Below, piece after piece: positions 1 through 14,482 of a stretch of DNA of 64,000 nucleotides. The notes beneath the pieces are model-generated. The model saw nothing but the letters and a program-made list of their open reading frames with translations, did no database searches and was not told where the DNA came from. Location of the stretch: NCBI RefSeq assembly GCF_009914755.1, contig NC_060926.1, one strand, 5' to 3'. Position 1 is the first letter of the stretch; every line of letters starts with the position of its first letter. This stretch comes from the human T2T-CHM13v2.0 reference genome, Homo sapiens. The position numbers and the translations under genes were made by a program.

Positions 1-129
<129 letters not shown>

Positions 130-356
130 TAAGTGCCCCACCAGGTGTGCACCTGTGTGTATGTATGTGAGACACAGAGAGAGACAGCACCCCAGTTCAG
201 GCTTCCCCAGCCCTGACCCTGGGATGGAATCTCCTTGCACTGTCCCATGGTTGTTGGCAGTGGTGGCAGGGGCAGCTTGGAATGCTGGGTTCACTGGCCC
301 TTTCTCTTGAAAAACATAAAGACCCTGAGTTCTGTCCCCCGATTTGCTTCCCACAG

Positions 357-387
357 GCCTACCACAGCCCCCCAGGAAACTCGGAAT
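357..387 (+). CDS. SH2D6: SH2D6 31-nt coding exon (R-PTTAPQETRN)
   Basis: ttcccacag| acceptor and AAT|gtaaga donor; phase 2 in, phase 0 out, matching its neighbours. Confidence 0.85.
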
Positions 388-489
388 GTAAGAGGCTGAT
401 GGTCAGGGGAGAAGAGAGGGAGGCAGGGAGGGAGGCTCAGGGTGGGACCTGGGGCCCGGCCTCTTCTGATCAGACCTCCTGTATGCCAG

Positions 490-514
490 GGAACAGCAGA
501 TGCTGCCTCTAAAG
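490..514 (+). CDS. SH2D6: SH2D6 25-nt coding micro-exon (GTADAASK)
   Basis: atgccag| acceptor and AAG|gtgagt consensus donor; keeps the frame between exons 357-387 and 1082-1140. Confidence 0.85.
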
Positions 515-523
515 GTGAGTAAA

Positions 524-652
524 GGCTGGTCCAAAGGTAGTGAGTTATCCCAACTGATTGTTCACAGTCAGTTACAGATCAAACTCCTTGTTCTACCCTT
601 TCCCCACTTCTCACTACTGCACTTGACTAGACTTAAAAAAAAAAAAAAAAAA
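524..652 (+). pseudogene. Y1 RNA (RNY1) retropseudogene with poly(A) tail, intronic in SH2D6
   Basis: GGCTGGTCCAAAGGTAGTGAGTTATCCCAACTGATTGTTCACAGTCAGTTACAGATC...CTGCACTTGACTAGACTT matches hY1 end to end; A18 tail at 635-652. Confidence 0.93.
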
Positions 653-1081
653 CTAGGTGAATGCAGGCATCTTCAGCATGAATGCAGGTGGTCCTGCCAG
701 GGCCTGCCCCAGCCCCAGCCCTGCAGGCCAGACTCCCTCAGGCCCCAAGTTACTGAGGATGTCCCTGAAGCTCTGACTCCAGCTGAGATCAGGCCTGAGG
801 GGACCCTCTTGGGCATTTTCCGGTGCCTGCACCAAATCAGGAAGCTCCTAGTCTGTGCCCCAAGATCACGCCTCATTTGGAGGTCACACGAGGCCTGGCT
901 GGTGGGTCCTGCCAGGGCACTGGATCTGGAGAGTGGAGGAAGCACTGGGTGCCGGGGTTTGGGCTCGGGGCCATGTACGCCTCCTCCTACCCCCCACCCC
1001 CGCAGCTGTCCCCTAGAAGCCACCTTTGCCCACCCCCACCCCACCCCACCCCACCCCAGCTCAATAATCTGCTTCTTCTAG

Positions 1082-1140
1082 AAGGAAGGAAATCGTCTCT
1101 TCCCTCTGTAGCCCCCACTGGGAGTGCCTCAGCTGCTGAG
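1082..1140 (+). CDS. SH2D6: SH2D6 coding exon (EGRKSSLPSVAPTGSASAAE)
   Basis: ctgcttcttctag| acceptor and GAG|gtgagg donor; phase 1 in, phase 0 out. Confidence 0.88.
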
Positions 1141-1348
1141 GTGAGGAGGGGCTGGGAGCAGGCTGTAGGGAGAGGTTCCGGGAGCAGAGCCTGAGAGTCC
1201 TTACCCAGGAACCCTCTTGGGCTGAAGGGTGCACCACTGCAAGAACACATTGAACACACGTGTGCGGCACCCCGCCGTGCCCCAGACAGGGACACCACTT
1301 TGTTCTGCCTGAGGGGGACTCAGTTGAGCATAGGAGATGGGAACATAA

Positions 1349-1898
<550 letters not shown>

Positions 1899-2443
1899 TA
1901 GCCAAGAGCATTTGCCTAGGGAAAAATCTTCATTTTGTATCTTTCTGGGGTGGGCAGAAATGACAGAGCCCAGAGCCCTGAACTCCTTCCAGACACCTGG
2001 CCCTCTGGTGGGGGAGGTGCCCCTCCTGCCATGGCTCAGTCTGCACAGGGTCGAGGTGGGGCCTTTGTGCCTTTAATGAACCCAGCTGGGAGGAGGGCGG
2101 GGTCCAGGATCTTCAGACTCTTGTCTACCTCCCCCAGGACTCAATGTCGCACCCAGCATTTGCTAGGATGCAAACTAGAGACACCCATCACACAGCTCCC
2201 CACGCTGGAGGACCAGGGCAGAGGCGCACCCTAGAGTCAGTTTGATCTAGCCTTGGACATAAGAGTCTGGCCAGTGGCGTGCCCATGGGTGCAGCAGCAG
2301 GAAAGTTGCCTGAGGCCTGGAACGGGGCAGCAAAATGGCAGTGGAGCGGCATGGGGCAAACAGGAAGGAAGATATCTAGAAAAATGTCAAAAGTCCCCTT
2401 GCCAGAGTCCCACAGTTGCCTCAGGAAATTGCTCCCAGCATGA

Positions 2444-2599
<156 letters not shown>

Positions 2600-3025
2600 G
2601 GCCACAGCGAAGTACACACCGCCTTTGGCCCCAGTTTGCTTCTTGTCCCGCCCCACCTTGGGCTGTCTTCCTCTCTCCTTCCCCACCCCTCCTCACCCTA
2701 GCCTTTCCCAGTGCCCACAAGCAGCATTAATGGGGAAAGCCTGCCTGGAGGCCCAGGGAAGGGTCCTGGAGACCCCACCCCATGCTCACCTAGAGCCTTC
2801 CACTGCCCTCTCTGTTGCCTCTCCAAGGCTGACACCCTCTTCCTGGCCTCCAGGAATGCAGGTGTCTGCCCAGTTCACTAGGTCCTGGATGAAGGAACCG
2901 TGGTGGCCTAGACCAGTCAGGGGACAGCACAGGCACTGCTGGAACAGCAAAGGATCCTCTCACATCTACTTGTGGGCCTAGGGCACCCTGAGAGGGACTG
3001 GCCTACCTTGCACAAGTTCACATTC

Positions 3026-3031
3026 AATAAA
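3026..3031 (+). terminator. SH2D6: Polyadenylation signal AATAAA of SH2D6
   Basis: First canonical AATAAA after the stop codon (~430 nt downstream), set in L2-3'-end-like sequence. Confidence 0.75.
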
Positions 3032-3499
3032 CATTTGTTGAATGAATTATTGAATCTGCTAAATGAAGCAGAGGTGTCCTGCACGAGGGAGGCCCCACGG
3101 TTCTCAAGTGTCACAGGGCAGACTAGCCTGCAGTTATGGAGATGCAGGAGCTAGGCCCGGGCAGAAAGGGCCAGCCGTTTCTACCCCAGATTGGGGCTTT
3201 TACTTTTAGATGCTCTGTGCCGAGCGAGGCCAGGCTGAGTGGCTGATTTTTGTTTTGATTTGTGGGAGTTGGAGTGGGGAAGGGAGGGAGGCGCAGTGCT
3301 GTCTCTGACACCCTATTAAATGAGGAGAATGGAGTCCATTACCTACTCCTCCAACACCTACTTACTGTACCTTGCTCCCGGGGGAGTGATGAGCCTGATT
3401 TTGGGAGCTTGGTGTTGTCTAGAGGAGGGGAGACAGTGGGCCCCGGGAAACAACTAGATCTGATGCTCCAGTCTAGAGTCAAAGCTAGGGAAAGCTGAA

Positions 3500-4150
3500 C
3501 AGTGGCGCTCAGAGAAGACAGGACAGCGGGCGAGAGCTTGGGGGGCGATGGGAGGTGGAGAGGCACTCCAGGTCCCCAGGGGGCCAGGCGGAGCTGCGGG
3601 ACAGGGCGCAGACCCCGAGGCCCAGGGAGCACCGGGTGGCCGGCGGCCTGCAGGCTGGCGAGGGCGTCGGGCGGCGCAGGGCAGGCCAGGGGGCGGGGGC
3701 GTCTGGGGCCCTGGCGTGGCGCCCGGAACACCCCGTGCCGGAAGCTCCATGTGACCGTGACTCCGCAGAAGCCGCGAGCGCAGCGAAACAAAGGGCGGCT
3801 CTGCGGCCGCCTCGAGCTCAGGCTGGCACCGAGGGCCCGGACCCCCATCCCACTCCGCACCCCCGGGCCTCCCGGCCCTTCTTGCCCTCCGACCCCGGGC
3901 TCTGGCAGGGCCGGGAGGCGCAGGAACCCCGCGGGGGATGGGGCCGGCGGACTGGCACTGAAGACACTGGGATGCAAGCGGGAGGCTGGGGGCGGGGGGC
4001 TGGGGGCGGGGGGCGGGGCTGCAGGGCGTGGACGGTCTCCGTCAGTGCCGGCTCCTGCGGATTACCGCCTCGGAACCGTCATTTCTTGCCTGTAATAAGG
4101 GGAAGATAATCGTCCCTACGTAATCGTCCTCCGGTTAGGAGGCTTAAGTG
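3500..4150. promoter_or_regulatory. CpG island with GC boxes and G-quadruplex tract
   Basis: Abrupt high GC and CpG density compared with the flanks; several GGGGCGGGG boxes; G-run tract at ~3988-4025. Confidence 0.8.
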
Positions 4151-5169
4151 AGACATGCCACGTAAAGGGATGCCTGCGTAAAGGGGTGCCTGATGGGGAG
4201 AAGGAAACACCAAATTCGGGCCAATTAGCTGCCACTGTCAAAATCGCTGGGAAGACACAGTTATCGGCCAGGGCACCAGGAAGGGGCACGGGCTGGGGCA
4301 GCCGTCATAGGGGTGGGGTGCGGGGGGCGGGTGGACACCGGTGTGTGTATGTGAGGAAGGGACCAGCAGCGGAGGCCTCTAGCAGAAACAGGAGAATAGG
4401 AGACCGGCAAGACACGCCTTCAGCCCCACTGGCCCAGCCCTGGCTCCCTCCAGAACCTGGCCTCCGTCCTCCACACCCTCCCCAGCATCATCCCGCAGGC
4501 CCGCAGGGGCTGTGGAGGCTGGGGAGCTTGGCACCTTGGGCTGGGACTCAGGGTACAGTCAGCCCCCTAGTATCCCCACAACAGCTCTACAGGTTCCACT
4601 TCCCTAGAGGAGCTCTCCACTCTGTGGCCACAAAGGCCTCGGGACTCAGGGGCCTGTTGTTACTGAGCCCCGCAGCCATGAGGCATTTGGTGGGGGAGTA
4701 GAAGTTACAGCCCAGAGCTCCTGAAGTTAATGGCCCAACAGGGACTCTGATTTTTCCCAGCTTAGGGACTAACTTCAAGGAATTAGCCTCCATTCCTCCC
4801 CTCCCTGGGGAGAAAGAGAGGAGGAGCAGCTAGGCAGTGGGACAGTCTGTAACCCGGGCCCTTGAGGGCAAAAAGGAACCTGTTGCCTGCCCAGTACCTC
4901 CTCAGCTTGCAGGCCTGAGCAGATGGCCCCTTGTCCAGGGAGCCTTCACCACTCCCCCAGCCTGGGCCCAGGTACTTAGGCCGTCGTCTCTTCACTCCCA
5001 GGACAGACCGGCTACTACTGCCCACTATTGGATATTCTGGGCCTGGAATACAGCAGGTGGCGTGTATTTATTGAAAGAGTGATCAAATAGGTCAAGTCTA
5101 TTCTGGATTCCTCTAAAGCTGATAACATTCTTTTATCAGGGCCTCCTTTGTTAAGTGAAAAGTCCAATC

Positions 5170-5345
5170 CAGTGCTGTCCAATAGAACTTTCTGTGATGA
5201 TAGAAACGTTCTGTATCTGCATGGTCGAGTACAGTAGCCACCAGCCACTGGGGGTCATTGAGCACTTGGAATGTGACTAATGTAACTGAGAAACTGAATT
5301 GTTCATTCACGATTTAATTACTTTTAAATAGCCACATATGGCCAG
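5170..5345 (+). mobile_element. MER3-like hAT-Charlie DNA transposon relic
   Basis: CAGTGCTGTCCAATAGAACTTTCTGTGATGATAGAAACGTTCT...GAGCACTTGGAATGTGACT resembles the MER3 consensus. Confidence 0.75.
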
Positions 5346-5728
5346 GGTTCCAAGTCTCATGCCTTCGCAAGTGTGAGGGGCAGTGGGGAAAGCTGGAGAG
5401 GTCGGCAGGGGCTAGGTCTGGAGGAGCCTGGGAGGCCTCCATAAGGCACTGGGGAGCCATGGAGGCTCTGAGCAGGGGTGGATGCAGGAGGGATGATGGT
5501 ATCCTAGGAGCATCACTCTCGTTGTGTAGTGCTGAATGGGCCAGAGGGGCTGCACAGAGGCCAGGGGAACATTTAGGGGCTACAGGTATTCTGATCATTC
5601 AGGCGAGAGATGAGTCCCCTTGATTTTTCACCATGCCAACATCCCTCTAAGCACCCCATCCCCATTTCCTCCCAACCAGCCGGCCAGACTCTAGAAAATT
5701 CTAGGCAGGGTCACCGACTAGGGGATTA

Positions 5729-6669
<941 letters not shown>

Positions 6670-6729
6670 TAATAATACATATGTCTCAGGATTGTTGTGA
6701 GGATGAGAAATGATGTAAATAACATGTAT

Positions 6730-6995
6730 AGGCTGGGCGCAGTGGCTCACACCTGTAATCCCAGCACTTCAGGGGACCAGGGTGGAAGGATCACTTGAGC
6801 TCAGGAGTTCGAGAATAACCTGGCCAATAAAAAAATCCCATCACTACAAAAAAATAAAAAAATTAGCTGGGTGTGGTGGTGTGTGCTTATAGTCTGAGCT
6901 ACTTGAGTCTTCAAGGTTGAGGCTGCAGTGAGCCATGATCACGTCACTGCACCCTAGACTGAGCAACAGAGCAAGATCTTGTCTCAAAAAACAAA
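6730..6995 (+). mobile_element. Alu (J-type)
   Basis: Diverged Alu dimer. Confidence 0.85.
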
Positions 6996-7015
6996 ACATG
7001 GATTTAACATATACT

Positions 7016-7366
7016 TTGCAGCCATAGAAAAAGAATGAGATCATGCCCTTTGCAGAGACATGGATGGAGCTGGGGGCCGTTATCCTTAGCAAACTAACAC
7101 GGGAACAGAAAACCAAATACCGCATGTTCTTACCTGTAGGTGCCCGTGCTAAGTGATGAGAACACATAGATATGTAGAGAGAAACAACACGCACTGGGGC
7201 CTATCGAAGAGGGGAGGGTGGGAGGAGGGAGAAGATCAGGAAAAATAGCTAATGGGTACAAGGCTTAATACCTGGGTGATGAAATAATCTGTACCACAAA
7301 CCCCTTTGACACAAGTTTACCTACGTAACAAACCTGCATATGTACCCCTGAACTTAAAAGTTTAAA
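7016..7366 (+). mobile_element. Old L1 (L1PA/L1PB) 3' end fragment
   Basis: AAAAAGAATGAGATCATGCCCTTTGCAGAGACATGGATGGAGCTGG...ATGTACCCCTGAACTTAAAAG matches the L1 ORF2 end and 3' UTR. Confidence 0.85.
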
Positions 7367-7378
7367 AGGTCCATATAC

Positions 7379-7764
<386 letters not shown>

Positions 7765-7931
7765 CTAATAATATTAATAACTGTGATTTGGCAAAGCTTG
7801 GTTCAGGTCACTTTTTTGCTGCATTTTTAAGGACTCAGTCTTTCCCAATATACACACATACTTATGACGTCTTTAGGCACTATAGGTACTGTAATAATTA
7901 TTGTTGTTGTTTTTTAAAAAAAATTTTTTTC

Positions 7932-7992
7932 AGGGGGCTTTCTGGTAAAAACTGGAAAGGCTGCTAGACGAATACTAAAAGAGCTGTAACAT
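7932..7992 (-). pseudogene. U7 snRNA retropseudogene
   Basis: Reverse complement ATGTTACAGCTCTTTTAGTATTCGTCTAGCAGCCTTTCCAGTTTTTACCAGAAAGCCCCCT matches U7. A-rich tail and a perfect 14-bp TSD taataattattgtt (7892-7905 and 7993-8006). Confidence 0.9.
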
Positions 7993-8367
7993 TAATAATT
8001 ATTGTTTTGTCTGCTCACCGGGCTTTCCTGTTCCCCTTCTGGTAGCACAATCCACTTCCCCCACTATAGATCAGGCATGTGACCTAGGTCTGACTGGGAC
8101 CAAACAGGGCCCATGAAAACCTCTTGATGTTGAGAGAGAGAAGCCAGCCCTCTTTCCAAATCTGAGCTGCAAATGGCCACCTTCCCTGCGATGTGGATAG
8201 AGCAGAAGTGAAGCAAAGACAAAGAAAAAGAGTCTTGGAGACTTTGGGTCCTGCCCCAAAGCCGCAGCATTTGCCTTAGTGCCCCTTCCAGTTATGTGAG
8301 CTAGAAATTTCCTTTTTGGTTTAAGCTAGTGGGAATATGGCTTCTGATCTTTGTAAAGAAGACTCCA

Positions 8368-8511
8368 GGCCGGGTGCAGTGGCTCACACCTGTAATCCTA
8401 GTGCTTTGGGAGGCCAAGGAGGAAGGATTGCTTGAGCTCAGGAGTTTGAGACCATCTTGGGCAACATAGTGAGACCCCTGTCTCTACAAAAAAATAAAAA
8501 GAAAAATATTA
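8368..8511 (+). mobile_element. Alu left monomer (AluJ/FLAM type) fused to the 7SL copy
   Basis: GGCCGGGTGCAGTGGCTCAC...GAGACCCCTGTCTCTAC followed by the A-rich Alu linker. Confidence 0.85.
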
Positions 8512-8807
8512 GCAGAGGTAGTGATGTGTGCCTGTAGTCCTAATTACTTGGGAGGCTGAGACAAGAGGATTGCTTGAGCCTGGGAGTTCTGGGCTGTAGT
8601 GTGCTATGCTGTTCTGGAGTCTGAACTTAGTGGCATCAATATGGTGACCTCCCAAGAGTGGGTGATCACCAGATTGCCTAAGCAGGGGTGAACCTGCCCA
8701 GGTAGGAAACAGAGCAGGTTAAAACTCTTGTGCTGATCAATAGTGGGATCATACCTGTGAATAGCCATTGGCGCTACAGCCTGGGCAACATAGTAAGACC
8801 CCATCTT
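8512..8807 (+). pseudogene. 7SL (SRP RNA) full-length pseudogene
   Basis: Contains the S-domain sequence absent from Alus (GGCATCAATATGGTGACCTCCC...GGGGTGAACC...GGAAACAGAGCAGGTTAAAACTC...GTGAATAGCCA). Confidence 0.93.
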
Positions 8808-9441
8808 TTAAAAAGAGAAGAAGAGGAAGACTCCTGCCAGTACAGGCACACATGTCCTTGAAGTCCAGGGAGGTCAGGAGATTCGTCTGAAGCACAGAGC
8901 AGTTAATGGTAGAACGATTAATAGAACTTAGACTTGTCTGGTCATCTCTGAATTTACCATAAACTATACCATACATTCCATTGTTCACTCACAAATAATA
9001 ATTGAGTGCTTACTATGTGCCAGGCACCAAACCAGCATCTCATTTTTCCTCTACATCTGCTGAAAGATTCTCCCTCCCCAGCTTCACTACCAGTCTCTAG
9101 GAACCCTTGAGTCAGGGGAAGACTCAGCCAGGTAGAGAAATAGCCTTTCTCTACCAGGATAGGGCCCAGCACACTCACTGTCTTCCCAGAATCAATACTC
9201 CCAGAACTCTTAAGTGCTAACGATGCAAGAGGAGCCAGCGAGCTACCCACCCACCTACCTCGTACTTACCTGCCTACCTACATTCCGTGGTTCTGCCCAG
9301 CATGGAGTAAGTCCTAGCCCTGGCCCAGGGACCCCAGCTGGGCCTCTGCCTGCACACCTCTCTGAGCAACTGTGCTCCTGTTGCCCTCATGTCTGCAGTG
9401 AACATTTTGGGGGATACTGAAGTTGTTTTCAAAGTGTTTTT

Positions 9442-10342
<901 letters not shown>

Positions 10343-11464
10343 TCAAGTCACTTGATTTTGCTGGGCCTCAGTTTACTCATCTTTAAAATGGGGTGAGACG
10401 GGCAGGGTGGTTGGCCTCAAGGATCCCTAAGGGCCTTTCCAACTCCAGTATTCCTACTGCCTGGGACTATGCCTCTCTCACAGCCTGGGCTGCCTCCCAA
10501 CTCCCACCCTACTCACCCCAGCACCCTCTCCCCGATGCCCCCCACCAGCCCTTCTACTTAGCTCCACCAGGTGTGCCCTCCTAAGTGTCCTCTGGGGAGA
10601 AGTGCCCCTCCACCATGCACTCTGGATTCCCAGGAGATACAGTGGATAAAAGTCAAACATGGGTTTCAGACATTCTAATGTGGATTTGCCCAGCTTCCAT
10701 GCAGCCGGGAAGTTGGAGGGACAGAAGGTGGGAGATGAGGAGCAAAAGCACAACAGGCACCAGGGTAGGGGCTGGGTGGGGAAAGAGCATTGAAAGAGAG
10801 GGAGGTTCTGGCTGAGTCATAATAGCATAGATTCCTAGGACATCTGAGCTGCTGGGCTCTGAGACTGCCTTGTCCTGTCTCCTCACATTATAGATGAGGA
10901 AATTAAGGCCCACGGAGGGGAGAGCAGTCTGTGAATGGAGGGGAGAGGGTAACTCCATTTTTCCTCTAGCAGCTCCTCAGCTAAGGGAAAGTCCTGCCTG
11001 TGGGAAGGAATCAAGGAAGAGAGATTGGGAAACCGAGGCCAGAGCACTAAGTTAGGACTGACCAGGACAAGGGCCCCAGGCTCCCATGAGCCCGTGTTCC
11101 TGCTCCCCCGCCTGCTTTCTGCTCCAGTCCCTTCTCCGGTCTCCCTTCCTTTGCCTGTAGACCTCAGCTCTGCTCTCAGGACATCCCAGATAGCAGCCCT
11201 CATGCTCAGAACACACTTTTCTTCCCAGGGTACATCCACTTTTGCACCCCAAGAGGATCCGGAGATAAAGAAGGTACCAGGCAATTCCAAACACTGGGGC
11301 TGGGTCCCAGGGAGAACAACTGAGCCAGGTGTCTCACCTGCGAACCTCCTGTCACCTTCAGCCCTGAGATGCAATGGCAATAATCCATGGCCACTTTGGA
11401 AGCCTCTCTCATACACTGTCAGCTTGCATCTGCGGCACCTGCAGCTGTTGCTGGGGGCTCATTT

Positions 11465-11757
11465 TTATATTTAATTTTTTAGAGACGAGGTTTCTCTTGC
11501 CCAGACCAGAGTGCAGTACTGCAATCATGACTCACTACAGCCTTGAACTCCTGGCTCAAGCAATCCTCCTGCCTCAGCTTCTTGAGTAGCTGAGACTATA
11601 GGGCACACCACCATGTCTGGTTGTTTTTTAAATATTTTGTAGAGACAGAATCTCACTATGTTGTTCAGGTGGGTCTCGAACTTCTTGGCCTCAAGCAATC
11701 CTCTTGCCTTGGCCTCCCAAAGTGTTGGGATTACAGGCATGAGGCACTGCACCCAGC
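11465..11757 (-). mobile_element. Alu (J-type)
   Basis: Reverse-complement diverged dimer. Confidence 0.85.
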
Positions 11758-11969
11758 TGGAAGATTGTTTTTAAAGCAGTGATGTCATGGCCAGAGAGAA
11801 ACCAGCCCCACAGTTCCCAGATCAGCCTGGGAGATGTCCACAAACTTAGGAAGGCTTCCAGCAAAGAGGCCTTGGGCAGGCTGGGTGATCTCCCAGGCCC
11901 TAGGCTGTGCCTGCCCTTGATTGCACAGAATGTTCACTGCCTGGGAAGCTGGGAGCTGGGACAGCTGGG

Positions 11970-12421
11970 TGACCTGGAAATGGAGGGGCTGAGGAGCTCC
12001 AGGCTGGCCTGCTCCTCCTTGCCACCCTCTTCCTGATAACAACAGACAAGGCTGGGAGGCTCCTGGGAGCCTGCTGCCTAATTCCCAGGGCCTGGCAGCC
12101 AGCCCTGCAGCTGATGCAAGGCCAGGGGTGGGTGAGCTCAGCCTGTCCCCAGCACCCAGAGCCTCTTGCACCTGGTATGCCCTTGAAAATGCATCTGTTC
12201 ATGCCCCCTCTGCCTCAGCCTCCTAGGGTCCAGCTCTATTCCTTCTGAAAGCGTAGGAGGGCCACCTAAGGATCTGGAAGCAGGCCTTGCTTGGGGGATG
12301 GGGTGGGAATTAGGCAGCAGGTTCCCAGAAGCCTCCTGGCCTTGCCTGTTGCTATCAGGGAGAGGGTGGCAAGGAGGAACGGGGCAGCCTGGAGCTCCTC
12401 AGACCCTCCATTTCCAGGTCA
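11970..12421. repeat. 118-bp inverted repeat (arms 11970-12087 and 12304-12421, 216-bp spacer)
   Basis: Manual ungapped alignment of arm 1 to the reverse complement of arm 2 gives 107/118 identities. Confidence 0.92.
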
Positions 12422-13798
12422 TTTCTGAGCATCTCTGAGTCAACCCCGCACCTCTGCATGGGCAGCCTAAGAGCAGTGCGGGGACCACAGCCCCGCCTCC
12501 AGGGACCTCTGCAGTGGAATAGAGGGGCAGGGCTCCCTGCGGGCTCTGCCCCTCAGGGTCTGTCCACACCAGCCCACTTCCTCTTCCGGGAGAGGTCAGA
12601 CAGCCCCTGGGAAGTCTCCAGACCTTCTTATCCCGTGAGAAGATGGACTTTCCTCCTCTGGCTCTCCCCTTTTACTGGACATGCAGGCCCAATGTAGGAA
12701 GGCTGGGGCCTGTCACTCTTCAACAGCCCTCAGGTGTCATCAGCTCAGGACCAGGATTCATTCAGCATCTACTTACTAAGAGCTCTGTAATGAGAATGTG
12801 ACAAATAATAACTCGACGCATATCAAATGCATGCCTCATCTTACAAAGTGCTCTTGCGATTAGTGTTTTGAGGGATCCTAGTGACGATGCTGCAACGTAG
12901 GGAGGCCCTAGGTGGAGAAACTGAGGCCCAGGGAGCTGAAGTGGCAGCACCAGGAGTCACACCACAGGGTCTTCCCATATCCTCCTGCTACTTTAGTCCT
13001 GCCCCATACACACGCACTGAGCAGGAGGCAGGCTTCCTGCCACATGCTCGACTGTCACAGGACACCAGCTGGGACAGGGAGCAGAGAACAGTGTTTCCCA
13101 TGGGCAGTGGTAGATGTAGGAGGCTGGGAGACCAGGACTTGTGGATTTAGGGTAGTTGCATGCCAGAGCCACAGCTGTCTGGGAGGGACTGGAGACAGGC
13201 TGAGGAGCAGGGAGGGTACCTGGAGCACTGGAGCTGTGCCTCCCTTTACCATAGCTGTTTGCTTAGACAATACTCAACTGTCCTGCTGAGCTCAGGCTGG
13301 CATCGGTAGGATTGGGTCTGTTGCCTGGGGATTGAGGCTGGCTACAGGACCGGCTCCTCCAGTTCTGGCCAAGGACCAGTGGCCGTGGCCATCACTGGAC
13401 TCCTCGCTGATGCCAGGATTGAACAAGGCCTTTCCAGTCTGCCCATTGTATCTGGGGCCTGCCCTTTGTCCTCAACCCAGTCTGACCGTCTCTGGGGGAC
13501 CACGCACCCACCTTCATGACTCCCGGCCAACCCTCCCAGCGGCTCTTGCAGCATATGCAACTACTGCTGCTGGTGAGCTCAGGCAGCTGGACTCATGGGC
13601 AGGCAAGAACATGGTGTCCTGCGCTGGAGGGCAGGCACAGGCTGTGCCAACTGCACCCACCTCTCCCAGACTTAGGCCTGGCAGGGAGGCCTGCAGTGTA
13701 GGCAAGGGCTCGCTGGAAAGAGCGATGAGGAGGCCCAGCCTGCTGAGCACTCCAAGTCCTCCTTCTACTCTCCTGTCCTTTCACTGAGAGGAGATCTA

Positions 13799-14482
<684 letters not shown>

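Noticed and set aside
3339-4701. Overlapping long ORFs on both strands
   Set aside because: Stop codons are rare in the GC-rich CpG island; low-complexity G/P/R/A composition and no domain.
11229-11273. 45-nt exon-like segment (ttttcttcccag|...AAG|gtacca)
   Set aside because: Weak donor, no partner exons or recognisable peptide; such matches are common by chance.
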